The notes: generated by a model not told the origin, from the letters alone. DNA of 64,000 nucleotides from Candidatus Hodarchaeum mangrovi (GCA_016839515.1 JAEOUE010000209.1:1-64000), one strand, 5' to 3'. Shown: positions 47,043-57,848, counted from the first letter of the stretch. Translations and numbers: made by a program.

Positions 47043-48845
47043 CTAGACAGCCCAATATTTATTAACGGTACGTTTCTTTATTTCGATTAATTCAGTCAAA
47101 GCATCCATTTCAGTCCCTGAAATCATTTTTTCTGCAATCATTCTTCTCACATCAGGTTCAGGAACATCAACCCAAAGTTCATCCCCTTCTTTTATTTGAC
47201 GTCCAGCAGTAGGCCCTTTTATACTCATTGCAACTTGATCGCCTACTTTAGCTTCTTGTATATTTATTCCTTTGTCTTGTATCTGTAGTATAAGTCCAAT
47301 TCTCTTGTTCTCCCTATTTATTAGGTACATTTGTGGTGTAAGTAATCCTGAAGCGATTTCCACTCCTATAATGCAAGGATTAGATTGATGAAACACATAT
47401 GGAAGAACTTTTATCTTAGCAGGGCGTTTAAGATCTTTCAACGCTTCTTTTTGTAACCGTTCTTGAATAGATAATCTGAAATTATCATATTCTTCTCCTA
47501 AACGATAAATAATATCATCTTGAATTACAGGAATATGGATTCGTTTTGCTTCTTCACTTGCATCTTGTAAAAGTTTGATACGAAATCCAAGAATAATTCC
47601 ATAAGCCTCATTTTTTTCTTTTGATAATGAAGCCTGATAAACATCTTTTTTGCTAATGTCACCTACTGAAGCAAATCTAATTTGGATATTAGAATCTTTT
47701 AAAAAATTGACAAGAGCTTCTAGTGATCCTAAGGTATCAGCTTTTACAATAACACCTGCTTTATCGGTTTCTATCAATATGCTAGCTAGTTCATCTTTGA
47801 TATGCTGAATCGCTTCCTCTTCAGTATTTTCATCTACAACATAAAGAGATGACCCTGCAATTGCTTCATCTATATTAGGTGCGACAATTTTGACACCAAT
47901 AGCAGCTACTGCTTGATCAACATGAGTAAATCTATTTCTTGGGTCTCGAATTTCATCTAACTCTTTAGGAAGAAGAATGGCTCTAATATAGGTGGAAATG
48001 GGGCCATTTGCTCCAGCAATCACAATTTTAGAGTTTTGATGAATTATGCCATCAAAAAGTATTACATCTAAAGTTGTTCCAAGACCTATTTCTTTCTTAA
48101 CCTCTAAAACAACTCCTTTTCCTTTTGTAAGATGTAATTGAAGTTGTTGTTTTAAATATTGTTCAGTTAGAGTAGAAAGTACTAAAAAAAGTTCAGGAAT
48201 GCCTTCACCAGTTATTGCTGATGTAGGAATCACTGCTATATGTTTTGCAAATGATTTTATCTTGTCGAATCTCTCAGCTTGGAGTTTAAAATGACTCAAT
48301 TCCCCCATAATATCATATATCACATTTTGTAATGCTTCTTGGGCCATTGATGATTGTTTAGAGATAGATCGCGAAAGAAGTTCATTAGGATAACTTTTCC
48401 AGCCAGATAAGCGGTCAATTTTATTTGCAGCTATTACAAAAGGGACTTTTTGCTTTACGAGGATACGGAGTGACTCTACTGTTTGAGGTTGTATTCCTCT
48501 TCTTACATCAATAACTAAAATAGCAAAATTAGCTACACTTGCTCCTCTTTGCCTTAAATTCATAAATGAAGAATGACCAGGAGTATCAATTATCAAAATT
48601 CCAGGGATTTGTAATTTCTTTTGACTCTTACTTATAAGGGTACTACATAATGAATATACAGTTTCAATTGGAAAAAAACTAGCTCCTATATGTTGTGTTA
48701 TTCCTCCTGACTCTCGTGATTGAACAGCTGTTCCTCGAACTTTATCAAGTAAACTAGTTTTTCCTGAATCTACATGACCTAATATGACAGTTATTGGACT
48801 CCTCATATGAACATTCTTTACCTCTTCATCTGTCATTAATTTCAC
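47043..48845 (-). CDS. infB: Translation initiation factor aIF5B/IF2
   Basis: RSPI, GHVDSGKT, GGITQHIGA, DTPGH, NKID, KADTLGSLEA. Confidence 0.97.
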   Translation of the reverse strand: MKLMTDEEVKNVHMRSPITVILGHVDSGKTSLLDKVRGTAVQSRESGGITQHIGASFFPIETVYSLCSTLISKSQKKLQIPGILIIDTPGHSSFMNLRQRGASVANFAILVIDVRRGIQPQTVESLRILVKQKVPFVIAANKIDRLSGWKSYPNELLSRSISKQSSMAQEALQNVIYDIMGELSHFKLQAERFDKIKSFAKHIAVIPTSAITGEGIPELFLVLSTLTEQYLKQQLQLHLTKGKGVVLEVKKEIGLGTTLDVILFDGIIHQNSKIVIAGANGPISTYIRAILLPKELDEIRDPRNRFTHVDQAVAAIGVKIVAPNIDEAIAGSSLYVVDENTEEEAIQHIKDELASILIETDKAGVIVKADTLGSLEALVNFLKDSNIQIRFASVGDISKKDVYQASLSKEKNEAYGIILGFRIKLLQDASEEAKRIHIPVIQDDIIYRLGEEYDNFRLSIQERLQKEALKDLKRPAKIKVLPYVFHQSNPCIIGVEIASGLLTPQMYLINRENKRIGLILQIQDKGINIQEAKVGDQVAMSIKGPTAGRQIKEGDELWVDVPEPDVRRMIAEKMISGTEMDALTELIEIKKRTVNKYWAV

Positions 48846-49141
48846 CAGCCTATCAAAATATATTATTCTTGATTTTCTTTTAATTTAATACAATTAAAAG
48901 TTATTAACAAACTAAGTACCAAAATCCATGAAAAACATGACATTTATAATTTAGAAATGAGTAATCTTTCCAGATTAATCTGTTATAAGTAATTTATCCC
49001 TAATTTTATGGAAATTAGATTTTATTGAATTACCTTCCTCTTTATTCAATGAAAGAGAAAAAAAAAATATATCATCCATAAATGATATTTTTAAAGGAAA
49101 ATTATCAATACTTTAAGGCATAAAAGGAGATTCATTTTTTA

Positions 49142-49555
49142 TTGAGACGTGATAATTCTCATTACTTTGTTTATCCCGAATATTTTGACCAATCTCTCAC
49201 TCGTAAAGAAGGAAGACGTCTTCCGCTTTCATTGGCAATCGAAAATCCTACTCTTATTGAAATAAAACTCGCTGCAGAAAAGATGGATTATAAATATGAA
49301 TTAAAAAAAGATTCAGCTTATCCAAGACAATGGTGGAATCCTAAGGGCTTAATTTTGATCGAAAATAAGGAACCAAAACAACAACTCCTTATTAACATAG
49401 GAAAGACAGTTAAAAATATCATCCGACCTGCTTTAGAGAAACAGAAAAAGGAAATTATAAAAGAAGCGAAAAAACCAAAAATTAGACCTCATGTAATAAC
49501 AAAACCCAAATCAGGTCACGAATCTACGGAATTTAGGCCAAAACGACGCCGGTAA
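49142..49555 (+). CDS. srp19: Signal recognition particle protein SRP19
   Basis: YP-x-YFD-x-x-L-x-R-x-EGRR, YPR-x-WW-x-x-x-G. Confidence 0.93.
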   Translation: MRRDNSHYFVYPEYFDQSLTRKEGRRLPLSLAIENPTLIEIKLAAEKMDYKYELKKDSAYPRQWWNPKGLILIENKEPKQQLLINIGKTVKNIIRPALEKQKKEIIKEAKKPKIRPHVITKPKSGHESTEFRPKRRR

Positions 49556-49579
49556 TCCTATTAATTATACTCAAATAGA

Positions 49580-50230
49580 GTGAGACAGAACGTGAGAAAA
49601 AAAAGGGATATTTTCACAAAGAAAGCGAAAAAAGAGGGATATCGAAGTCGTGCAGTCTATAAACTCCAGGCATTGGATACAAAATTTAAAATATTTTCTA
49701 AGAATCAGATAATTATCGATTTATGTGGAGCTCCTGGAGGATTTTCTCAAGTTGCTCGTGATAGAACCAATGGTTGCGCATCTATTTTTCTTGTTGATCT
49801 AGCTCGTGTAAAACCTTTTCCTGGAATTACGGGAATTATAAAAGGTGACATTACTAAATTCTCCACAATTCAAGAATTACAATCTCAAGTATCTAATTTT
49901 AATCCAGAAATAAAGGAGATTGTTGTCCTAGCTGATTGTTCACCCGATGTTTCAGGGAGCTGGGAAATTGATCATGCACGTCAAATTTGGTTAACAGAGG
50001 TAGCTTTAGGTATATCGAATTATTTCTGTGCAAAGAAATTTGTTACAAAAATTTTCCAAGGAGAATTGTCAAAGAGTCTTTTAGACAAAATTAAATTATT
50101 TTTTGAAAATGTTTCAATCTATAAACCACCAACTTCCCGTAAACAAAGTGCAGAAACATACATTGTAGCTGTACGAGGTAAGAAAATACTTAAGGAACTA
50201 TACCAGATTGAATTTCTTGTCAAAGAATAA
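49580..50230 (+). CDS. rlmE: RlmE/FtsJ 23S rRNA 2'-O-methyltransferase
   Basis: GYRSRA-x-YKL, DL-x-x-APGG-x-SQ, K-x-FQG, KP-x-x-SR-x-x-S-x-E-x-Y. Confidence 0.92.
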   Translation: MRQNVRKKRDIFTKKAKKEGYRSRAVYKLQALDTKFKIFSKNQIIIDLCGAPGGFSQVARDRTNGCASIFLVDLARVKPFPGITGIIKGDITKFSTIQELQSQVSNFNPEIKEIVVLADCSPDVSGSWEIDHARQIWLTEVALGISNYFCAKKFVTKIFQGELSKSLLDKIKLFFENVSIYKPPTSRKQSAETYIVAVRGKKILKELYQIEFLVKE

Positions 50231-50239
50231 ACTCTTAAA

Positions 50240-51430
50240 TTGGGAAATCAAATGGAACTTATTCACATTGAAGAGGGGAGAAGAGAATATTTAGTTCCAG
50301 TCTCATCGATAAAAGGTAATGCTCCAAACAAGTCAGATGAAGTATTTTTTAATTCTTATCAGGAAATAAATCGCGATATATCTATTTTAATGCTTCGTGC
50401 ATACCAAATTATTCACGCTGTTGATTCTATAAAAATTTGTGAACCTTTATGTGGAATAGGAGTTCGTAGTTGTCGATACAATCAAGAAATCCTAAACTCA
50501 AATCTATTTAGTAATGATTTAAATCCCAAAGCACTGGCTATATTTCAGCAAAATATCTCCCTATTACCTCAAAAATCCCGAAAATCAATTCAGTTATTTA
50601 ATATGGAGGCAAATCAATTCCTTCAGCACTTAAATCAAGAAAGAGAGATTTTTGATTATATAGACATTGACCCATATGGAAGTCCTATTCCTTTTGTTCA
50701 AAATGCTATTAAAATATTAAATTTCAAGGGTTTAATTGCTTTAACTGCAACTGATCTAGCTAATTTAGCTGGAGTTTATCCTAAAGCACTATATGCAAAA
50801 TATGGATTAAGTCATTTTGACATCCGAATAGGAAATATTCACGAAATTGCTGCCAGAGCTCTCATTGCAGGAATTCAACGTATAGCATTAATTCACAATC
50901 AAACATTAATACCAATCTTAACCTTCTACCATAGACATTTTATTCGTGTCTTTTTTGTTCGATATAGAGGAGTTAAAAAGATTATATCGGAAACTGGATT
51001 TATTATACAATGCAAAAAATGTCACACAATCTATTCTTCAACCATCGGAAAAATCAATACCTGTTCAAGTTGTAACTCCACAGATAGTTATAGTATAGGC
51101 CCAATTTATCTTGGATTACTCCACGATGCAAATTATATTACTAAAATTTTAAATGATCCACATCTATCAAACTTAGGAACTAATTATCTCTTAAAAAAAC
51201 TGATTAAACGAATTGAAGAAGAAATTCAAATTCCAGTTCCTTGGTCATTCCATATACCTAATATTGCGGATCAAATTAATTCACGATTGCCACCTATTAC
51301 TCAAATAATGAATTTATTAAAAAATAAAGGTTTTAGATGTAGTAGAACTCATTTTTCTGGATCTTCAATTAAAACTACAGCACCTTTATCGGAGATTATC
51401 ACTATATTAAAGGACTATAATTACAAATAA
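50240..51430 (+). CDS. trm1: tRNA (guanine26-N2)-dimethyltransferase
   Basis: VFFN, NRD-x-S, G-x-R-x-x-R, DIDPYGSP, TATD, SRTHF. Confidence 0.93.
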   Translation: MGNQMELIHIEEGRREYLVPVSSIKGNAPNKSDEVFFNSYQEINRDISILMLRAYQIIHAVDSIKICEPLCGIGVRSCRYNQEILNSNLFSNDLNPKALAIFQQNISLLPQKSRKSIQLFNMEANQFLQHLNQEREIFDYIDIDPYGSPIPFVQNAIKILNFKGLIALTATDLANLAGVYPKALYAKYGLSHFDIRIGNIHEIAARALIAGIQRIALIHNQTLIPILTFYHRHFIRVFFVRYRGVKKIISETGFIIQCKKCHTIYSSTIGKINTCSSCNSTDSYSIGPIYLGLLHDANYITKILNDPHLSNLGTNYLLKKLIKRIEEEIQIPVPWSFHIPNIADQINSRLPPITQIMNLLKNKGFRCSRTHFSGSSIKTTAPLSEIITILKDYNYK

Positions 51431-51462
51431 ATACTAAAAATATTTTAAAGTAAAATTTAATA

Positions 51463-51569
51463 TAGGGATGGCGGGATTTGAACCCACGATCGCCTGATCC
51501 CAAATCAGGAATCATTTAGTCCTTGAACTTTACAAAAATTCAAGTAAAACCAAGCTAGACTACATCCCT
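51463..51569 (-). tRNA. tRNA-Pro(TGG) with ~30-nt intron in the D-loop (approx. 51516-51545)
   Basis: AGGGATG/CATCCCT acceptor, CCTGA-TTTGGGA-TCAGG anticodon arm, GTGGG-TTCAAAT-CCCGC T arm; hairpin insertion in D-loop. Confidence 0.9.
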
Positions 51570-51659
51570 TATGTTTGATGGTGTTATTATTTACAAAAAA
51601 ATGTTTCTATTTTGTTAAATAACCTTTTTTAATGAATACATTTCTCTGTAAACTTCAAG

Positions 51660-53822
51660 TTAAGTTTTTTGTAGTTCCATCAACAATTCATTAGTGAGAA
51701 CCTTTGGATCGGGTATATTTATTCGATTCACAAATAATTCTTGTTGATTCATAGTTTCCCCTAGATATTCTTGAGTTTGGATTTGAACCCGTCCTTGAAT
51801 TAAAACTGTTTTTCCTTCTACTTCTTTCTGGACAGCTTCAAAGATTTGATCTTCCGATGATCCTTTTTCTAATAATACTTTAAGACTTTTATTTGACATT
51901 CCTGTAATTATCTCAGCAGATATTCCAAAAAATGTGACCCGAATTGTCCCAGTACCATCGTCAAGTATTCCTGTTAGCCTCATACGTAATTGTGTTTCAG
52001 TCTTTCCATGTTGAGGGCAGTACCAACCATCGGATTTGTTTTCAGCTTTCTTCCAACATTCCCCACATGAGTAATAATACGGAGTAGTTTGAAAAACACG
52101 TACCATTTTCCCTATAACTTCTATTAAAGTTCCATCCTCTGATTCAGATAGTTCTGATAATTGCTTTTTAATATAATTAAATTCTCCTATAACCGATTTT
52201 TTAATTTCAGAGTCTTTATCTCCTTGATTACCGAGTTCTATGTTACGAAGTGAAACAGGTATTCTTGAAGAAGATCGAATATGACTGAGGTGTGTTAAAT
52301 GTAATTCAATTCCCTCATTTTGTTCTCTTACTCTTCCAAAGAAAATTTTAACATATTTCAAATCTTTTTCTCTAATATTTTCTAATTTTTCTACATTTTC
52401 ATCCCACGCAACAATACGAAGCTCATCACTAGTATCTTGAATCGTCATTGATGCTACTTTACCTGTGGATCCATCAGTACGATTGAATTCCCTTATCTCA
52501 CTTATTTCTAAAACAACTCCTTGAACAGCTACTAGATTAAATTGGGATGTTAAATCTTGAATATCTATAAGAGGAGGTTCATCACCTATTGTGGAAGTAT
52601 CTAATTGATTAAATTCAGTAAAATTAGTTGTATGGACTTCTAGGTTCTGATATCGGGAAATAATGACCTTTAAACCTTTAATTTCAATTGGACCATCATC
52701 AAGCGAATCAAAAGATACAATCTTATCTCCCCAAATCACTAAAGGGATTATTCCTGTTTCATCAAATATTAAAGCTCTTTTTAATGTGCCTTGGGTTCCA
52801 TCTGCTCGTTTAAATTCCTTTTCTTCTTCAACTGGCCCTTTTCGAGAAACTAATGTAACTAATTCATCTCTATCACTTAATTCTTTTATTTTTTTTATCA
52901 CAGGAGTTTGATAACTAAGATCTTCTTGTATTATTCTTTTCTCTTCAATTTCAGGTAAAACTTCATGTCCTTCTTTAGTTATAGATGTTGTTCTAGTAGC
53001 ATGAAGCTCAGGATTACCATCTCTATTGATACTTACTCTTGCTCCTTGAATAAGTACCTTATCTCCCCTTAAAAAATCAAATGGTGTTTCTGATCGACTA
53101 TCCCAGAAAGCCATTCTTATGAGCTTTGCTTTTCCTTTCAAAGTTACATTTGTCACTGATCCTTGAGTATTATCTTTTCTATTAAAAACTCTTCGTGTTC
53201 CAATTTTAACAACTATTCCTCGTGTATCTATTTCCTCCATTTCATTATCTAATTTATCTAGTTCTACAATTTCATCCTCTGGGTCTGGAAATTTTGAGTT
53301 GTCAATTTCTGTATCAATTTCGAGTAATCCACGATCCCCTAAATGCACCTCTAACTGTCCATTCCTTCCCATTCTTGTATAAGCTTGTTTAATAGTAATA
53401 ATAGTTCCACGTTCTACTCTTTTATCTGTAATGTAACGAGACATATTCCCCCACAACAGAACTTTAATTCTATCAGTCCCATCATGTAACATGATTGGTG
53501 TAAATATTCCTTTATTTCCCTCACGTTGAAATTCAAATGGATTATAAACCCGAAATACTACCCCTGTTATATTAATTCCAGTTAGACCTGCATCCATACT
53601 CTTTAATTTTTTTATTGTTAAGGATGGGGCTTTTTTTAGTTCAGGTTTTTTTAAGGGTACACCCAAATCTTTAGCTAAGATATGAATTGCTGCTATATCA
53701 TTTACAAAGAGTAATTCCTTCTTTTTCTCCTCAATCATTTTTATAATATCTGCACGAGACAAATTTGTTTGCTGAATTACCCTTTGAATTAAGTCCTCAA
53801 CATTACTCATTTTCAACACCAT
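51660..53822 (-). CDS. Replication protein A large subunit (multiple OB folds + Zn finger)
   Basis: Repeated F-x-R-x-DG-x-x-G and D-x-TG-x-I-x-x-x-x-W OB motifs; C-x-x-C...C-x-x-H finger; DDGTG. Confidence 0.92.
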   Translation of the reverse strand: MVLKMSNVEDLIQRVIQQTNLSRADIIKMIEEKKKELLFVNDIAAIHILAKDLGVPLKKPELKKAPSLTIKKLKSMDAGLTGINITGVVFRVYNPFEFQREGNKGIFTPIMLHDGTDRIKVLLWGNMSRYITDKRVERGTIITIKQAYTRMGRNGQLEVHLGDRGLLEIDTEIDNSKFPDPEDEIVELDKLDNEMEEIDTRGIVVKIGTRRVFNRKDNTQGSVTNVTLKGKAKLIRMAFWDSRSETPFDFLRGDKVLIQGARVSINRDGNPELHATRTTSITKEGHEVLPEIEEKRIIQEDLSYQTPVIKKIKELSDRDELVTLVSRKGPVEEEKEFKRADGTQGTLKRALIFDETGIIPLVIWGDKIVSFDSLDDGPIEIKGLKVIISRYQNLEVHTTNFTEFNQLDTSTIGDEPPLIDIQDLTSQFNLVAVQGVVLEISEIREFNRTDGSTGKVASMTIQDTSDELRIVAWDENVEKLENIREKDLKYVKIFFGRVREQNEGIELHLTHLSHIRSSSRIPVSLRNIELGNQGDKDSEIKKSVIGEFNYIKKQLSELSESEDGTLIEVIGKMVRVFQTTPYYYSCGECWKKAENKSDGWYCPQHGKTETQLRMRLTGILDDGTGTIRVTFFGISAEIITGMSNKSLKVLLEKGSSEDQIFEAVQKEVEGKTVLIQGRVQIQTQEYLGETMNQQELFVNRINIPDPKVLTNELLMELQKT

Positions 53823-53956
53823 GTGATCTAAACATAATCGATATTTTGCTTTTTCAAAGTTTCTGGATTATAATTCATTTTAAGAAATTATTAGAATATT
53901 GTCCATTTACTTTATATAATCATAATTTTAATTTTATCACTATAACTAAAAAATTT

Positions 53957-54553
53957 TTAGTCCCATTGTTGGTATTTCTTCCCTAAAATATCTATAACAC
54001 TTTTTTTAATGTCTTTCTTTAACAAGGAACACCCTTGTTTTGTTTTCAAAGAAATTTCATACAACCTCGTTTCTGGAAGATGATATTTTTCCATAATGAT
54101 TAAATTTTCATTTTGTTGTTGTTCAGAAACTTTGTCAGCCTTATTAAAAACAATAAAAGGAGAAGTTCTTGTCACTTCAGCTAAAAAAGTAATCATTTCA
54201 ATATCGATTGGGATTATTCCCTTCTTTTCTAGACTTTCAACCATCTTATAAAATGTAGAGCTATCGATAATATGAACTGGAAAAAGTATTTTCCCTGGAG
54301 GTTTTTCTAAAAATAGAATAATGTCATCTTTTATTTGATTTTCCTCTTTCTTAGATCTTTTCATTATTCTACCAAAACCAGGGAAATCTACTAAGTGAAG
54401 ATTCCTTACCAATGGAATAGGAGAAATTCTGACCGTAGTTCCTGCATATTTCCCAATAGATTGCTTTGAATGACTTAAATAATTGATTAATGAGCTTTTA
54501 CCCGAATTAGGCCTGCCTGTTATTGTAATAAAGTAATTATTTTTCATAATCAT
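53957..54553 (-). CDS. engB: EngB/YihA-family GTPase
   Basis: GRPNSGKSS, G-x-T, DFPGFG, NKAD, IS motifs. Confidence 0.88.
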   Translation of the reverse strand: MIMKNNYFITITGRPNSGKSSLINYLSHSKQSIGKYAGTTVRISPIPLVRNLHLVDFPGFGRIMKRSKKEENQIKDDIILFLEKPPGKILFPVHIIDSSTFYKMVESLEKKGIIPIDIEMITFLAEVTRTSPFIVFNKADKVSEQQQNENLIIMEKYHLPETRLYEISLKTKQGCSLLKKDIKKSVIDILGKKYQQWD

Positions 54554-55185
54554 ACAGCAAAACACAATGTAAGCAAGAAACCTGTTACAAGGGGTACAGT
54601 TACATTATCATTAAGAATACCTTTAGAGATTAGCTCAGTTAAAGCAGCAATAATAGAGACTCCTAAAATAATTACAATCACTTGAAAATCATGAATATTT
54701 TCTTTAATCCTAAAGATCTTAAACCAAGGATACGGATCTGGATTAAAAGAAACTAAAAAGAAAACTAGGACTCCACTAAGAAAAGCGAATACAATAAAGG
54801 TAAGAAAGCCTTCAAAACTTCTATTATTTAATCTTGTGAATCGATGTCGACCATATCGTGATCCTATTACATTTGCTAAACCGTCACCAAATGCCATCAT
54901 TGCAAAAACTGTTGCTGCAACACGAAGATCAAGAAAAATAAAAGAAATTAATGCCATTATAACATAGAGTAATGGGCCTTTTAGAAAACCTGCTTTTTTT
55001 TCATCCTCTCTGGATGCCATGGAGTCAAATGCGACTTTCCACACTTTGGGACGAGCTAAAATCAAGACGAAAAATAGGGCAGCTAATATCACCAGGATAG
55101 CAAGTACTCTAGGAAATACTACCATAGCAATTGTCCAAAATCCCATTGAAATATGTACAATTTTTCTTTTAGTCTCTTGATCCAT
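54550..55185 (-). CDS. Dolichol/phytol-kinase-like CTP-dependent polyprenol kinase
   Basis: RK-x-VH, GDG-x-A-x-x-x-G-x-x-x-G, SFEG, DN-x-x-VP motifs. Confidence 0.85.
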   Translation of the reverse strand: MDQETKRKIVHISMGFWTIAMVVFPRVLAILVILAALFFVLILARPKVWKVAFDSMASREDEKKAGFLKGPLLYVIMALISFIFLDLRVAATVFAMMAFGDGLANVIGSRYGRHRFTRLNNRSFEGFLTFIVFAFLSGVLVFFLVSFNPDPYPWFKIFRIKENIHDFQVIVIILGVSIIAALTELISKGILNDNVTVPLVTGFLLTLCFAV

Positions 55186-55222
55186 TATTTTTACCCAATT
55201 AATTTCGGAATCTTTTAGATGA

Positions 55223-55474
55223 CTAATTATTGCCCTCAGCTGCTTCAAGAAGCTCGTCCAACCAATCTCCGAACACATCGACTTTTTCTTCTATAGGACG
55301 AATCGGGCGTGTAGCTTGAGCACTACATTTGCCGCATTGAATTACCGCAATCCGAATTTTACGATCTATATCGATATGTATCGAGTTCGCCCCCCCACAT
55401 ATTGGGCAATCAAATACTGTAGGTAATGTTGGGATTGGTCTTGTTCTTACAATTCTTTTTCTTTTTCTTCCCAC
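55223..55474 (-). CDS. elf1: Transcription elongation factor Elf1
   Basis: MGRKRK, F-x-CP-x-C, C-x-x-C, VDV-x-x-x-W-x-D. Confidence 0.93.
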   Translation of the reverse strand: MGRKRKRIVRTRPIPTLPTVFDCPICGGANSIHIDIDRKIRIAVIQCGKCSAQATRPIRPIEEKVDVFGDWLDELLEAAEGNN

Positions 55475-55486
55475 AATGCATTCCTT

Positions 55487-56644
55487 CTATTTCTTTCCTC
55501 TTGGACTCTTTCTTTGCATCTGTTGGAATCTTCTTTTCCGTTTGGAAACTTTTTCTGCTCCTGTTAATTCCGGAGATTCTTTTTCTTCAATTATGGGAGT
55601 TTTTGATAATACTTGTTCAACTTTTATAATTTTCGTTTTTCTTCCAGAACCTATAGTATAAAAAATAGATCCAAAGGCTGTTAAAAGAATGGCTGCCCCA
55701 AATAATACCACAATTGCTAATATTACTTGTTCTGTTAAGATCAAAGGTAGTTCTGCTTCAACAGTGACTTCAGCTAGCCATGAAAAAATATTTTTCCAAA
55801 GTAAGGAGTTATCAGCTGACTGATACCATGTTTTTTCAAGTGAAGTGTCATTTAAATCACTAAACATAATACTGGATCCACCAAGTAGTATATGTGCTCC
55901 ATAATCTGACTCACCTGAAGTACCAAAAATAACTATATTTGAAGCGTATGAATGAATTTCATCAAATACTGTCTTAGCATAGGCTTGGGAAGGAGCTCTA
56001 ATGATATTTTCTCTTGAATTTCTTAAAGAACATGTATAAGTTATTATAGAAGATATATTATTGTTATTTTCATATAATATCTCATGATCAGAGCTATTTA
56101 TACTTATAACAAGAAAATTACGCTTACCAGCGTTAACAAATTCATTTTCTACTACATCAGGTCTTTTAAACGAAGTTAAATCTTCAGTTCGTGTCCAGAA
56201 TCGACTCACTGTTTCTAACTCTGGATCACTTAGGACATCGTTAAATAAATCTCCACGACCATTGAGAGTGGAATTTTCTTCAACTAAGGGATTAGAGAGA
56301 AATAGGAGGGATTTCCCTCGTTTTAAAAATTCACTTATGTAATATCGTTCTGTAGACGTGAAAGACAATCCAGGATTTGTTGAGACAAATATGTCCACTC
56401 CATCAAATGTTGTTTTATTTATCCTCTGTGAGTTAAATATTACGTGTACATCTGATGAATTAATATCACTAATAGCAGTTCTATAATAACTCCGATTAAA
56501 AAACTGTTTATGAGCTTCATCAAATAATACTATTATTTCGCGTTCTTCAATCGAGTTATTAGCTGATACATTAATTATTGCACTGCCAATAAACATAAGA
56601 AATAAGAAGATATAAAAAACAATATATTTAATTTTAGTAGACAT
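55487..56644 (-). CDS. Type I membrane protein with GIFT/DUF4350-like (Wbp1/OST48-related) extracellular domain
   Basis: Signal peptide, VLFDEAH, F-x-x-x-G-x-SLL, GSS-x-MFSD, DN-x-x-L-x-x-N-x-x-x-WL, C-terminal TM and basic tail. Confidence 0.65.
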   Translation of the reverse strand: MSTKIKYIVFYIFLFLMFIGSAIINVSANNSIEEREIIVLFDEAHKQFFNRSYYRTAISDINSSDVHVIFNSQRINKTTFDGVDIFVSTNPGLSFTSTERYYISEFLKRGKSLLFLSNPLVEENSTLNGRGDLFNDVLSDPELETVSRFWTRTEDLTSFKRPDVVENEFVNAGKRNFLVISINSSDHEILYENNNNISSIITYTCSLRNSRENIIRAPSQAYAKTVFDEIHSYASNIVIFGTSGESDYGAHILLGGSSIMFSDLNDTSLEKTWYQSADNSLLWKNIFSWLAEVTVEAELPLILTEQVILAIVVLFGAAILLTAFGSIFYTIGSGRKTKIIKVEQVLSKTPIIEEKESPELTGAEKVSKRKRRFQQMQRKSPRGKK

Positions 56645-56893
56645 TGAGCGATCCTCGATTTTTCTAACTAGTGATTTAGTCGAGTTAATTAATTAAATTA
56701 CTGAATTTTCAAAAAAGAGGGAAACAATGATAATCTTTTTTGTCTTTTCTTCTTAGAAATTCTCTCTCTAATTAACCAATAATAACTAAAAATCAGAATA
56801 AAATCGTTAGCATAAGAGTTATAACGATTCAAAGATTAAATTAAAACCTTTAAAATCTTTATAATCTGATATAAAATTAGTGGAGAATTAATA

Positions 56894-57340
56894 ATGGTTA
56901 CTGCACAAATGGTTCCTAGTAAGCTCCTTATTGAGGCTATTTCAGAGGAAATTAAAGAAAAAAATGAAATTTTTACCCCTCCTAAATGGGCAGACTATGT
57001 TAAATTAAGTGTTACTAAAGATAATGCCCCAGAACAACGAAAAGATTGGTGGTATGTTCGTGTAGCTTCAATACTTAGAAAAATCTACATGAAAGGGCCT
57101 ATAGGGATCATTCATCTAAGAAAGATGTATGGTGGTCGTAAAAACCGTGGAAGCAAACCTGAGAAGACGTTTGGTGGTTCAGGTGCTATTATACGACACG
57201 CTATCCATCAGCTAGAGAAAGCAGGATATGTTACACTTGTAGCGGGAGAAGGAAGAATTGTGACTCCAGAAGGAAGAAGTTTTGTAGATGCAATTGCATT
57301 TAAAATAAAAGAAGATTTTCCTGAACTTGCAATATACTAG
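56894..57340 (+). CDS. rps19e: Ribosomal protein eS19
   Basis: PP-x-WA-x-x-VK, WWY-x-R-x-ASILRK, YGG, GR-x-x-T-x-x-G. Confidence 0.97.
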   Translation: MVTAQMVPSKLLIEAISEEIKEKNEIFTPPKWADYVKLSVTKDNAPEQRKDWWYVRVASILRKIYMKGPIGIIHLRKMYGGRKNRGSKPEKTFGGSGAIIRHAIHQLEKAGYVTLVAGEGRIVTPEGRSFVDAIAFKIKEDFPELAIY

Positions 57341-57504
57341 GTGATTTTTATTTCCTAGTTTTCTATAGGAATTGAAAAATGAGCAAAAACCTTTTTATTA
57401 TAAAAACCAAAAATCAAATGATTGTAGATTTAAACTTATAAGATTTTATAATCCTAAAGTTTTAGGAAGTATAATGGGATATCATTTATGGAGAGTTTAT
57501 CCAA

Positions 57505-57846
57505 TTGGCTGAAGAAGACCCAGAACTTGCTGAACTCAGAAAAAAAAGAGCTGCACAACTCCAAGGAGATCAAATTGCTCAAGCGCAGCAAGAAGAACAA
57601 CAACGCCAGATCGAACAACAACGTCAACTTATATTAAAAGGTATATTGACAAATGAAGCCCGAGAAAGGCTTGCGAATATTAAATTGGCAAAACCCGAAT
57701 ATGCAACAACATTAGAAAATCAATTGATTCAATTGGCCTCAACTAGAAGAATTTCAGAAAAAATCACTGATGCTCAATTGAAGAATCTGTTAAAACAGCT
57801 TATACAAACACAGCGAGAAAGTACTATCACATTTAAACGACGTTAA
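57505..57846 (+). CDS. PDCD5/MTH1615-like DNA-binding protein
   Basis: EL-x-x-LR-x-x-R, LT-x-EARERL, ITD-x-x-LK-x-LL, F-x-RR. Confidence 0.93.
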   Translation: MAEEDPELAELRKKRAAQLQGDQIAQAQQEEQQRQIEQQRQLILKGILTNEARERLANIKLAKPEYATTLENQLIQLASTRRISEKITDAQLKNLLKQLIQTQRESTITFKRR

Positions 57847-57848
57847 AT

